DNA from: Amoebidium appalachense
Lineage: Eukaryota; Protista; Ichthyosporea
Direction: 5' to 3'
DNA: 64,000 nucleotides
Assembly: GCA_963693365.1 (NCBI GenBank)
Contig: CAVNZM010000006.1
Location: 10,667,355 to 10,731,354, forward strand
Part shown: one piece after another, positions 12,445 to 26,435 of the stretch
Position numbering within the stretch: the stretch's first letter is position 1
Layout of the letters: each line of letters opens with the position of its first letter
Notes under the pieces: generated by a model
What the model was told of the DNA's origin: nothing
What the model saw: the letters and a program-made list of their open reading frames with translations, nothing else
Databases searched by the model: none
Translations under genes and position numbers: made by a program

Positions 12445-13757
12445 CGCGCGCGTGCGTGCGTGTGTGTGTGTGTGTGTGTGCGTGCGTGCGTGCGTGTGTG
12501 CGTGTGTGCGTGTGTGCGTGTGTGTGTGTGAGTGTGTGTGTGTGTGTGTGTATGTGTGGTGTGGTGTGTGCGCGGCTTGTACATATGTACGTGTTCATGT
12601 GCACCTGTGTCGGACCTACGAAGTACATGAAAGTAAATTTTGACAGCATCGATCTGCCGGTGTGTATGTGTATGTGTGCCAGTGCAGCAGGTGTGCCTTG
12701 TAACTGATAGCTTCGCATTTTACGTGTGTGTATATATAGTAGTACGCATAGACACTTGCTGATCATTCGGATCGACATTAATATTTAATCTGTCGGTCCT
12801 CGGTTTTTTGAGTGAATGATGATCAAGTGTAAGAGCATTCACTTGGCAAGTATTAATGTTGCAGAGGCTAGCTGCAGCTGCAAGCGTCGGATGCACACTG
12901 ACAATTGTCTTTTCAGCGAGTCTAACCTGCAGGCAGCAGCTGCACACATATAGGGTTGTTATCTTGCGGCACATGCACGGTGATCATTTCAGAGTAATAG
13001 AGTTCAGAGCAATGAAAATAATGAAAATAACTAAACTTTGTGACTACTTTAAAGTTGCTGAGATCATACGTGGTGCAAGCTGCACTATGAACACATGTAT
13101 AGTGCTAGTAATTAATACATTTTTGTTGCCTTCTGCAGGGTTATCGTAGCTACGTCACGGCCTGCACTCAGGGGGGGAGGGGGGGGGGGAGAGGGGGGAT
13201 GATTCGAAGGGGGTATAAATAAGAACATGCACCTAAAGGTCTTTCCCGTGGATCCTCCCCCCCCCCCCCCACCTCTCCCTCCCCCGGGGCCCCATACTAT
13301 GATATCTAGGCCCAATATTATATGCCCCCTTCCCCCCCCCCCCCCCCTCCTCTCCGGATCCCCGGACCCCACTTCCCTACCCGGAGGCTCAAGAGCTCCC
13401 CCCTTCCCCTTCCCCCCTCCCCCCCCCCCCCCCCAAGGCTTACGGGGGCCCTTCTTCATCGAGGGGGAGGGGGTGGGGGTGGGGGGGGTGGGGGGAGGGG
13501 GTGGGGGGGAGGGAAGTGGAAGGCGGGGGTGGATGCATGTCAGCCTAGGTGAATTCAATTGTTTAACTCCAGTGTGCAGGACTGGTCTGAAGGCTTAAGA
13601 AAACAACGAGGAAATGGGGTCCAGTGGAGGTGGTGGTGGTGTTCTGTGTGTGTGTGTACACGTGCACGTATGTGTGTGGTTTTTTTAAGGGGTGAGTGGT
13701 GGTGGTGGTGGTGGTGGTGGTCACCGTGGTGGTGGTGTGTGTGTCTGGTGTGTGTGT

Positions 13758-13802
<45 letters not shown>

Positions 13803-14718
13803 TAGAAAGAAAAACTGCTCGTGGGTCACTGTTTTTCGTCACTGTATTTGTAACGGGCCGCTCATATTTATATAACTACTTTAATTTAAGTACACGTGTT
13901 CATTATCATATACGATGGCCAAATATAGAAATTTTGGCGTCGAAGTTCTTGGAGCTAAAAAAACGTTTAAAAGGGGGAAATAATAGCTTGGCCCCAAATT
14001 TACCTTGCCGTTTTTAGCGAATGTATTTTTTATTCATGAGTTCTAGTGATTCAGTGAGTGCACGTGCCTGCCTCAGGCTGATCATGACAACTGCAACACA
14101 CCATTCCTACATGGATATCAACCAAAAGAAAATAGTATATACTGTGGTGGTCTCCTAAACCTTGTGCGGCATGCGCATACATGATATTACAGTGACGCAT
14201 GTGCATATTATTGTTCTGTACACCGGAGTGTGCCGGTGCACGTGGCTGTTTTGTGCACATGTTACAATAGCAGCACGATCTCCCTAAACTCCATGTTTAC
14301 AAATCCCTCACCCTGGCTCTGCCTTGTCGGTGCTCCAAAACACACATACAAATCCCCCTAGACTCAGTGCCTGCACATGGTCGCATTCACGTGCAGGTCA
14401 CGTGACACATGCGATGCCATACTGCCGTCTACAGCAACAACCACGGCAGCATGTATACCGGCCCAGCACGAGATATACTTATCGGCAGCCCACTGAACTC
14501 GCCCATTTTCTCTTTTTCATGTATGTCCCTCCTTTTTTGTAAAATCACCCTTTTTGGCCTCCCGGTAGTGGATTTTGCAGGATTTGACTTCTTTGAGGTC
14601 CAAAAACCTCAAATTTTCCCCGGCGGGGCCGGGGAGGGAGAATTCAAAAATTGCCCGCTCCTGATATGGTACCCGGGCCGGTGAACACATGATCTGTGTC
14701 ACTGAAAAAGACTTCAGG

Positions 14719-14782
14719 CGAAGCACGGCCATCTAGAGACTCGAAGCACGGCCATCTAGAGACTCGTCTCTAGATGGCCGTG
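14719..14782. repeat. 23-bp tandem duplication fused to a perfect 17-bp-arm hairpin
   Basis: cgaagcacggccatctagagact occurs twice (14719-14764); cacggccatctagagac-tc-gtctctagatggccgtg spans 14747-14782. Confidence 0.95.
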
Positions 14783-16517
14783 GGCAGAAGCCAAAAACCT
14801 TTTTTCAGAGGGCCGTGCAAAAACACAACACCGTACAATGCCGTATCATACAAGACAGACAAGACAGAAAAAGCAGCCTACGCATACCTTGCTGGCTCCC
14901 TCCAAGTTGAGTTGGACTCCAAAAACTTATGATGCCATCATACATATGCGTGTATTGTGGGACTATTCGGGTCACCGTGATAAATATACAAAAATATAAC
15001 TGTTTAGCCCCTGCATGCAAGGATCCTTACTTCACAATTTATCCCTTGGCTTCAAAATGCCCCTTCTCGGGCCTTGCCCCATAACCGGCCCAGGCTGGCA
15101 GGGGCGCCCCGGCCCCCCCGCCCTCCCAGCCTCCCCAAAACCCCAGCCCCCCCCCCCCCCCCCCCCCCCCCCCCCCTTCCTTTCCTCCGGCCCTGAGGCT
15201 CGTCCTCTGTCATAACTGTGAAATTTGGAAAGATCAGTTAAACCTGTAATCCCTTCGAAATTTCACCCCCTGATCGCTGCTTCTTACTACGACGTCGACA
15301 GCCCCATATGCATCCTTTTCCACCCATTTGCATGCGTGTACAATCTTTTCAATGTCCCATTCAGCGCTTAATACGTGGGCTCCCTTCCCTCGAGCTCATA
15401 TTCCCTCTCAACTTAAATTAAATAGTACTAATATGTACATACAAACCTTTGTCGGACTGGGAAGGCTCGCGATGGTAAAGGAATTGCTCGAATATCAGTA
15501 CCAGTCCATGAATGTGTATCGTGCTCTACATCTTTTTGCCCCTTGCACCATACCTGCATCTCACAGGCTGGTTACTTCGTTCCAAACAGCCGGCATGTGC
15601 AGGTACAACGTTGCACTCGGCAGGGCCCTGTGGTGTAGCCCTACTGTTGTGCTACCTCCATATTGTTCGACTTTTGTTCCATTATAGGCCCTGGCCAAAA
15701 ATTTCAATGCGGTAGAACACGTGCATGCATAATGACCCATTTCGTATACCGTGTCGAGGTTTATACTAATCTAGGCAATGGTGCAGCCCAAAAAATTTAC
15801 TGCAATTCGGAACTTATAATGAACGCACATGTGGCACTTAAAACGGTTGCCATGTTCGGTGCTCGCAGTGTTGGAAGCGCCACAGCACTGCCGGTGCCTG
15901 CCGCAATTTTTTTCTAAATATGCAATGGTAAATAATACACTGACTAAGTAACAGGGCAGTGTTGTGGCACAATATGGCATGCCCTCTTTCCATCTTGTGG
16001 CCTAGTGGGTGCAACAATACTTCGCATGCCCAAATACCAAATACCATACTGTACATACGTAACTTATACCCAAAGCCTGGTGATGTTATACGCCATCATG
16101 TTAACCCTGAGTCTAAAATACAAATCAAATCACTTTCATTTAGTAGATAAACAGCTGCTTAGTGGCGGCCTCAGAGCCTCCAACCACCCAGCACATGCCA
16201 TACGGTAGCTACTTCCACCTTTCCAGCAACTTAACTGCCAATATGCAGTGCTTTTGGGTGCTGAAATAAATAGACGTGTTTTCAGCCTGCATCCACTGTG
16301 ACAGGTCAATATTGCAATATAAATATTTCCTTGTCTTATCCCTGTCTGCTTTAAAAACGCGACTCTGGTCACCGTGTATCAAATTCAGAAAGAACCCTTG
16401 TGAGCACCCCCCCCCCCCCCCCCCCCCCCCTCACCCCCTCCCTCCCCCCCCCCCCTCCCCTCCCTCCCCCCACACCACCAAAAAAAAAAAGAAAGAAAAG
16501 AAAAAAAAGAAAGAAAG

Positions 16518-16634
<117 letters not shown>

Positions 16635-16749
16635 CCCCCAAACCCCACCCCCACCCCCCACCCCCCACCCACGCCCAAAACAAAAAAAAAAAAAAAAAAA
16701 AAAAACAGTCATAGCCGTGCCTTCATGCCCATAGCCACTCCTCGGTGCC

Positions 16750-17077
16750 TCACAGCCCCAGAAACTTCTCGATGTCTGCATCCTCCACGGGGAAATCCAA
16801 CCCGTTTTCCAGATTCTCGTAGCCGTATTTCTCCCGCAGGACGTGCAGGATCTGGGCCGTGACGTCACGGAGGACGTAGTTGATTTCCCTCATGTCGAAC
16901 TCGCCCAGGGCACTGCCCTTGTGCATCTGCAAAAGAAGCAAGGGTTGGTGGGCTGCAATCAAGCATACAACACTGCATGCTGTGTGTGCATCTAAAAGCA
17001 TACATGCACCAGACCAAAAGAGAAGGCCGTCAGCAGCAAGTAAGTTGAACTTCAGTGCCTGAACTTGCTGCGACCAT

Positions 17078-17150
<73 letters not shown>

Positions 17151-17880
17151 GGGCACCGGAACCACTACTTGTGAGGTCAATCGTGTGGGTTTCCACACAG
17201 ATCCAAGGGGGGAAATTCTATGTATGGAGAAAACAGGTTAAATGCAGGAGACGGATGAGGAAGGTGCAAAGAGGATAGCCGGGGACGCGCCCAAAATTTG
17301 TGTGTGTGTGTGTTGGGGGGGGGGGGGGGGGGGGGGGAGGGGGGGGGGGATTTGAATGCGGAACACAGTACGAAGTACGCATACACGATGAGAAGTATGG
17401 TGCAGGACACATGCAAAGGCAAACATTCAAGTATGCAACATCAGCCATGCGCACAGTATGCGTCATAAGCAGAGCCCATCCTCAGGGAGGGCCCAAGTCA
17501 TCAATTGCGTCTGAGTTTCGACCCCTTAGCCCGCGTATATACGACGCTCCAACTCAGACAGCAGCATCAACTGAACTTGGGTGGGTCAACCCGTCTTGAT
17601 CAAAGACGAGCAGGGTTGCTTATGCAAGCAAGGTGAGCAGAACGGTGAAGATGTGTGTGCAAACTAATGCAGTGCAACGAAAAACGCGTATGTGCTTACA
17701 GATGCACGACACAGAGCAACCATGCCCGGTTGCATGGAAGTAAAGATGTCTGGAGGGGGGGGGGGGGGGTTAAAGTACGAAGTAAACATTCATGACGGAC
17801 AACATAATACAAATTGCAAAGCAGACACAAGAATATGATAAGAGCCCGTCCTCGAAGGAAGGAAGGGGGAAAAGGGGCCG

Positions 17881-17915
<35 letters not shown>

Positions 17916-18228
17916 AGGGGAGGGAGAGGGGGGGGGGGGGGGGGGTCAATCAAGGCCTTGAAAAATGCTTTAATGTGAGCAATCGATCAATCCCCCGTAA
18001 GATATAGTTGGGCCAGAGTGCATCCAGAGTCCAAGCTAGGGCCATAGTAGGGGGTCGTACAATGAGGAATATGCAGTGCAGAACGGTTCAAAACATGAAA
18101 CGATCACGGAGCCAACCAGACACTGACGGATTTTCAAATCCCCATGAAATGTGGAACGCGCGTTCGTGCTTGTGTCACCTGGGTGGGATGGGGTGGGATG
18201 GGCAACGGGGAGGTTTTGGTGGCGGGGT

Positions 18229-18259
<31 letters not shown>

Positions 18260-19357
18260 GGGGTTGGTTCAACGAATCAAGCAAGCAGTAAATACATAGA
18301 TGCAAAACTCCAAAGGTGAGGCAGAACTAGGCAATAGGGAGAACCGGGGTTACCCGGCCGCGGGGGGGGGGGGGGGGGGGCAGGCACAACGGATTGAAAA
18401 GTTGGTGGAAGATGGGGATGAACGAAAAGAATAGGGGAAAGGGGGAAAGGGGAGGATTTGATCATGATTTTGGCCCCCGGGGGGGGGGGGGGGGGGGGTG
18501 GGGGGTGGGGGGGGTGGGGGGATGGTGCAAGCACGTAAAGGAAGTGATAGCTGGACAAAAACAAGCAAAACCCCGAAAGAATGTGGGTGACGGACGAGGG
18601 AGGTGGGGGACAAGGGGGGGGGGAGGGGGGGGGGGGGGGAGAGAGGGGGGGGGGGGGGGGGGGAGGGGGGGGGAGGGGGGGGTTCTATCAAGCGTGGTGC
18701 CACCCCTTATTTGGAAATAATCGGCTACTGCCTCTATGACATGAGCATCAACACATCTCACACATACCAAGAGCCACCACACACACACACCAGTATCTGC
18801 CCACCAACCTGCCAGTAGCTCCTATCGGCAAACACATGTCTACAAAGCGCAAACGGAGTCAAACGCACTCTAGCATAGGCAAACACACACCTACTATGCG
18901 GACATACACCCACCCATCAAGCACATACACTTAATAAGTACCACCATGCTCCCACCCACAAAGCACACATAACAAACATTAGCATGGCTGCACTAAAAAG
19001 GTAAAAGCACACACACCTACGAAGGACAAACACCGACATCCAAATAACCCCCCCCACCCCCCCACCCCACCCACACACCCACCCCCCTCCCTCCCTCCTC
19101 CCCCTACTCCTACCAAGCATAAGCACGCAGATCTGCTAAGAACAAACGAGCACCCACCCACCATGACAAGAAAAGACACCTACCAAGTACAAAGCACACG
19201 CCAGGGTGACTGACACGGATACACACACGTGCAAATAGCAGCAAACACACCTACAAGCACACACACACAACTATAAGCACACCTACAAGTGCACACACCC
19301 TCACACATACACAACACACACACACACACAGACACACACATTCTCTTTCTCTCTCTC

Positions 19358-19427
<70 letters not shown>

Positions 19428-19698
19428 ATACACAGCACAACACACACACACACACACACACGCGCGCGCACGCGCGCGCGCGCAGATCTGCCAAGAACTA
19501 ACGAGCACACGCCCACCATGACAAGCAAAGACACCTACCAAGTACAACGCACACGCCGGGGTAACTGACACGGATACACACAAGTGCAAATAGCAGCAGA
19601 CAGACCTACAAGCACACACACACAACTATAAGCACACCTACAAGTGTGCACACACACACACACACCCACACACCCACACACCCACACACCCACACACC

Positions 19699-19729
<31 letters not shown>

Positions 19730-20787
19730 CTCCTGCGCCGTCTCTGCATCCCACAAACAATTATCCTCTTCCATATCCTCCTCCTCCAGTGACTGTTCTA
19801 TGTTCACGCGCCACAGCAACCTCTCATCATATGTCAGGTGGCACTCCCTCATGTATGTGTCGTCTGTCTGTATGGCCGACAGCAGGGCCTTGATTTTGCT
19901 GCCCCCCGGGCGCAGACGGAACGACCCCTTGATGGTCCACGCTAACGTGCCTGTCTTGGGGCCTGTGTCTGTCTCCTGTGTGCAAGCATGGGTGGAGGCG
20001 TTAGAGCCATTGAAGTGGAAGGCATGAAGTGAAAAATGCCCTATTCGGGGTCAACACTCCTTTCGTCTTATCTGGAAACAATGCAGCTACCTTTCCATGT
20101 GGCTGGACAGCTTAGAGGAACCACAGGGGTGTCCTCTATTGCACAACATGCAAAGATGAAAATCATGGTTGCAACTGTCTTTGTGGATGTGTGAGATGAT
20201 GGTGCGATAAGGAAAGGGGACACAAATCACCCCGAAAGTGGAGCGGTGTTTTTCAGGGGAGAGCTGTAGATCTGTTAATCGTGCCCGTGTGTGTGAGTAT
20301 GCTTGTGCAAACACGCATCTCTGAGTGTACCTCTTGAATAATTCCCTTTGTGTGTAAGGTGTGCCACATCGTGTGTGTGTGTCCCAGAGGCGTATCTGTG
20401 TATGTGTGTATGTATCCGCACCCTTCCCCTTTTATGTGCGTGGACGCAAGTGTGTGTGTGAGGGTATGCCACCGTCCACGCGCAACTGCCGTGTTTGTGT
20501 ATGCTGTGTCCTTGCGTGGGTGTATGTTGACGTGTAAGAGAATGCTGGTGTGTGCGCTTGTATGAGTAAGGGCCGAGGGAGTGAGGTTATCCAGTGTGTG
20601 TGGGCGTGTGTGTGTGTGGTGGTGGTTGGGGGGGAAGGGGGGAGGGGGGAGGGGGGGCAGGTGGTGACGATATACTCGGTTTTTCTGTGTGTGGCTCCGT
20701 GTGTCTATATATTTGGGTGCGGATGTCGGCTTAGGTGGTGATTGTATGCAAATGGGTGTTTAGAGGAATGTGTGTGAAGACTGCCAT

Positions 20788-20847
<60 letters not shown>

Positions 20848-21556
20848 GGGGAGGGGGGCGGGGGGGAGAGGGGGAGAGGGGGGGGGGGGGGGGAGGGGGG
20901 GGGGGGGGGGGGCGGTTTAGGTATTGTGGATGTGGGTGATAGATATGCGGTAAGTGGGTGGGTGGGTAGGTAGATGTGTGGGTGAATGAGTGTCCTTGTG
21001 TGCATGAGTGTTTTTTGCTTGTGTGCATGCATCTGCATGTGCATCTGTGTGTCTGTGGCGGACGGGGGAGGGGGCGAGGGGGGGCTTGAAGTCGCTTACA
21101 CTTCCCGACAATCCCCGAGATCTCAGGTTTTTGTCCACACACAAACATAAATGCTATCCAACAACCGAGGAAAACGGGGAAAGGCAATACCTCAGTGCTC
21201 TCTAACATTTGTAACGATGCCTCATACAAGTCATCATACAGACTTTGTGGTGCCTGGGTGCCTTTGTGTGAATACTCCAGACACTTTTGACAGGCCACTG
21301 ACAGAATCTGCTCGTCAATTATTGCCTGAACCGATGTTAGTTTCCTCTTCAGTGTCTTGAGTTGTTTTGGGCTGAAAGATACTAGCAAAGGCACCATTTC
21401 GTTTTGCTTCATAAGCTGCACTAGAACATTATCATCTGCACCTCCATAATGGTCGTTTGCCCCTACTTTGCGAACCTTCTTGCGGTCACCTGCACACAGG
21501 TCCTCGTCAGAATAATCTTCTGCCTTAAACTTCCTTCTTTTGACAGGTGAATCCAT
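16750..21556 (-). CDS. Hypothetical 262-aa protein, 3 exons, with a basic NLS-like N-terminus and an acidic patch
   Basis: Exons 21556-21191, 19975-19730 and 16926-16750, all phase 0 with GT-AG boundaries (GAG|gtattg, gcacacag|GAG, GAG|gtgtgt, cttttgcag|ATG). Non-repetitive coding-like sequence MDSPVKRRKFK...DIEKFLGL*. No family recognised. Confidence 0.7.
17351..17728 (-). ncRNA. Structured non-coding element, copy 1 (core 17464-17624), sense within intron 2 of the hypothetical gene
   Basis: Its reverse complement is near-identical to 48317-48678. Stems cataagca/tgcttatg, cccaagt/acttggg and gtctgagtt/aactcagac; hairpin cgtatatacg. Confidence 0.65.
19126..19653. repeat. ~170-bp direct repeat pair inside an intron
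   Basis: cgcagatctgc.aagaac.aacgagcac...accatgacaag.aaagacacctaccaagtac...actgacacggatacacac...ctataagcacacctacaagtg at ~19126-19298 and ~19481-19653. Confidence 0.9.
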
Positions 21557-22135
21557 GTTTCCGGCAGCATAGCAATAATTTCCTACAGCATAAGAAAAAT
21601 GTCTTCTCCTCTTTATTAATAGTTCTGTGCCCTTGTGACAGAGTGCTCTTTGATGCTTGCCCGCTACACTTCACCTTCACGAAAACGCATGAACGTCACC
21701 ATAACCACTGCCGTATCTAGCCACTATGACAAAGCTAAGTTGCCTTTGACACCAAACATTGGGAGCACAAATCTTCCAGCTGCCTACTCTTTCAGCTAAG
21801 CTTTCTCCTACACAAGTGCTGTGGTCGATTGCCAGTCTTTCGTGTGTGCGCATTTCAAATCGTAAATTTGCCACCCTGTAGATACACTGTACATTTAGGG
21901 GGGATTTCGGCAAACTTTGTTTTTTGAAATGTATGTTATAAATGTTTTTATTATCTCAAGCATGCATATTTCGATTATTATTTCTGTTTTAAGTAACATT
22001 TTTATATATAATAATAACGCTATGGGGCAGAAATCGCACCTTTGTATACTAGAAGTAATGCATATCTATCAAACCTGTCCGGCATCAGAAATCGAATAAA
22101 GGGGTTTAATTCACATCTGGGGGATACTTGGGTAG

Positions 22136-22171
22136 CCAATCAAGCATCTTCAAACCGATTTTGGCGGGAAA
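22136..22171. promoter_or_regulatory. CCAAT box plus canonical E2F-type site upstream of the hypothetical gene
   Basis: ccaat at 22136-22140 and ttggcgggaaa (TTTCCCGCCAA on the minus strand) at 22161-22171, about 600 bp upstream of the ATG at 21556. Motif match only. Confidence 0.35.
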
Positions 22172-22228
22172 CCTTCCCTCGGGCCTCGGGACGGCGGGGC
22201 CTCGTCCAGGAGCCCCGCTGTCCATTTT

Positions 22229-22269
<41 letters not shown>

Positions 22270-22311
22270 AGGGGGGGGATGGGGAGGGGAGAAGGGGGGG
22301 GGGGGATGGAG

Positions 22312-22358
<47 letters not shown>

Positions 22359-22748
22359 GAGGTCCTGTGAGTTCCGGGGTCGACAAAAAGACACGGGAGA
22401 TGAAGTCTTCTTTCTAGCTTCTACATAGTCAATAGTTGGCGAACCGAAGTCTCGGGGTTTGCTTGGTTTCTTTTCATTCGAAAATAATCGACGCGTTTGT
22501 GTATTCCATGGGGCCATAGGTCCGAGAAAAAGTGTGCGGCATAATGCGAGTATCATCACACTGCCGCAGTTTGCACATCTAGTACACCATTTTTTTGTAT
22601 GTGTGAGCGTGTGTCCATGTTTACGTGTGTCACACGGTGCGTGCGTGCGTGCGTGCGTGCGGGTGTGTGTGTGTGTGCGTGTGTGTGTGCGTGCGTGTTT
22701 GTGTTACCGCTTGTGCGTGTGTGCACAAGGCCACGTACGGTGTGTACA

Positions 22749-22790
<42 letters not shown>

Positions 22791-22954
22791 CAAGTGCGTG
22801 CGTGTGTGTGTATTTGTGTGTGTATGTGTGTATGTGTGTGTGTCACAGTGTGTCACAGTGTGTGTGTGTGAGGTGTGTGTGTCTGTGTCTGTGCGTGTGC
22901 GTGTGTGTGTGTTTGTGTGTGTGTGTATGCGTGTGCGTGTGCGTGTGTGTGTGC

Positions 22955-23022
<68 letters not shown>

Positions 23023-23150
23023 ATATGTGCTTGTCAGTGAATGGGTGGGTGGGTGTCGCCGTGTGCACGTGTGGTGAGTGCATGCGCTTTTAAAAAGGAA
23101 TCAACATAGGCCTATGTTCAGCACATACATGCATAGCAACTGTGCTGCAC

Positions 23151-24488
<1,338 letters not shown>

Positions 24489-25394
24489 ACCCAGATGCCA
24501 TATGCCATACGTATGTTGGTTCCTTTTTATAAGAGCGCATCATCACCGCACACTAGTACTGTGGCTCCTACCGTACACCCACCCACCCACACACGAACAC
24601 ACACGAATGTGTGTTGTGTTGGTGTGCGCGCGCACTCATACGAGCAGTGAAAATAAGATTGAGTTTATGAGTTTGTAATAGACTATGTCTAGAGATGGTT
24701 ACTGGGGTCTATATGGATTGGTCTGAAGATGGCCTGACAGCGAGCGCGGAGGGGGAAGGGGGAGGCAACATATAGCGCATGGGGCAAAACACAAACTTGC
24801 GCCATACCCACACACCAAGTAAGTACCCAGTGCTGGGGTTCTCGAGCGTTCTTAGACTTACTATAAGGGCCCAGATGACGAGGAAATTAAAGTCCACGGT
24901 GTTTATTTCTACTTTTCTGCCACCTTTTCTTCCTTCATTATATACATTAATTCTCTATGTACAAGTTGTTTCCGATATTGCAACTAATGACAGCGGGCCG
25001 GGCATAAGGTTTTTGTGACCATTGCAACCTGCTTTGCTACACGTGCCACAAATCTACAATTCGATACCTGCACTAAATGGGTGTATCTATAAAAAAAAAA
25101 AACATCCTGATTAAGAGCACGCCAGACTTAGGCCACATAATCACTTAACACATGTTTCACTGTATCTGGAAAACATAGCAAACAAGAAATCTTAAGATAA
25201 CTTGGTGTAGAACGAGTCTGGAAGAATGCAAGTAAATCCAAGTACTACATAAAAAGTCCATGGCAATGCTAAACTTGAGTCCATAGCTTATAACCGACCT
25301 TATATATCACGTATGTGGTGAAACATACCTTGAACGGAACACGTACATGATGAAACGCCGAGGTGTAAGAACGAACCTAAAGACAATTCGGTAT

Positions 25395-26396
25395 CTATGA
25401 ATCATCAAAAGTTCTCCAAATTCGATGGGATCCCCCCTGCTGATCGAATAATAACATCGTGTGTGCCTCGCTGCCTGCTTGGCTCCCAACCTCGTCTCTC
25501 GTGTCCGATTTCTCTTTTTCCGACCCCTGCCGAGGGGACGTTTCACTGGCGGGACGACCAGGAGATAGGGACATAGGCCGTAAATACGGCATCTTAGCGG
25601 GGGAGGACGACAATTCCTGGCCGGGTTGTGTGTATTTCTGGGGGGAGGTTGCTTCTAACTGTTCGGGCATGTCTTGCCGTTTTGTGGGTGGTACGTTGGG
25701 TGCATGTGTGTCGTACGTCAGTGCCGGACCTATGTTGAGTGCCCGGCCCAGTTCCTCCTCGGCCTTCCATGCCGGCTTGCTGCCTGGGTAGTCGGCCAGC
25801 TGGGGGGGCTGCAGCATCATGGGTGGGCCGGTGGGGTAGCCGGCCTGCATGTGTGCCTCGCCTGGGTGGTGTGCCATGGCTATGGGCGGTGCAGTCCACA
25901 TCTGTGCCTGCTGTGTGTTTGGTGTCTGTGTGGGCCCCTGTGGGCTCCCTTGGGGTGGGGGTCGTTGTCCTGTTAGAAATGGTACCATGGGCGGGTATGG
26001 GTGCTGGTGTGACTGCGGTGTTTGTGGTGTCTGCGGTGGTGGCCCGGACTGGGATGCAAGGTGTGGCGAGGGAAAGCCAAATGCAGCCGGGGGTTGTGGG
26101 GCCTCGGCTTGTGTGCTGGGTGCCGATGGGGGGTAGGGGGCCAGCCCGGGCGATGTGGTGCGACTGGGGGGAGTCTGGGGACTGTGGGCAAGGGGGGGTA
26201 TGCCGAGACTTTGTCCGCTGTACGGCCTGCTGTGGGGCACACCGTCAGTAGATATGAGCGTACAGGGGGTGTCAGTGAAGATCAGTGGGTGCACTAAGGA
26301 GATCGTGCTCTCTGGGTAGGGGAGACTGTGTCCTTTTGCCAACATGGAGAAAATATCTTTGCCTAATTATTATTGTTATCATCATCATCGACATTC

Positions 26397-26435
<39 letters not shown>

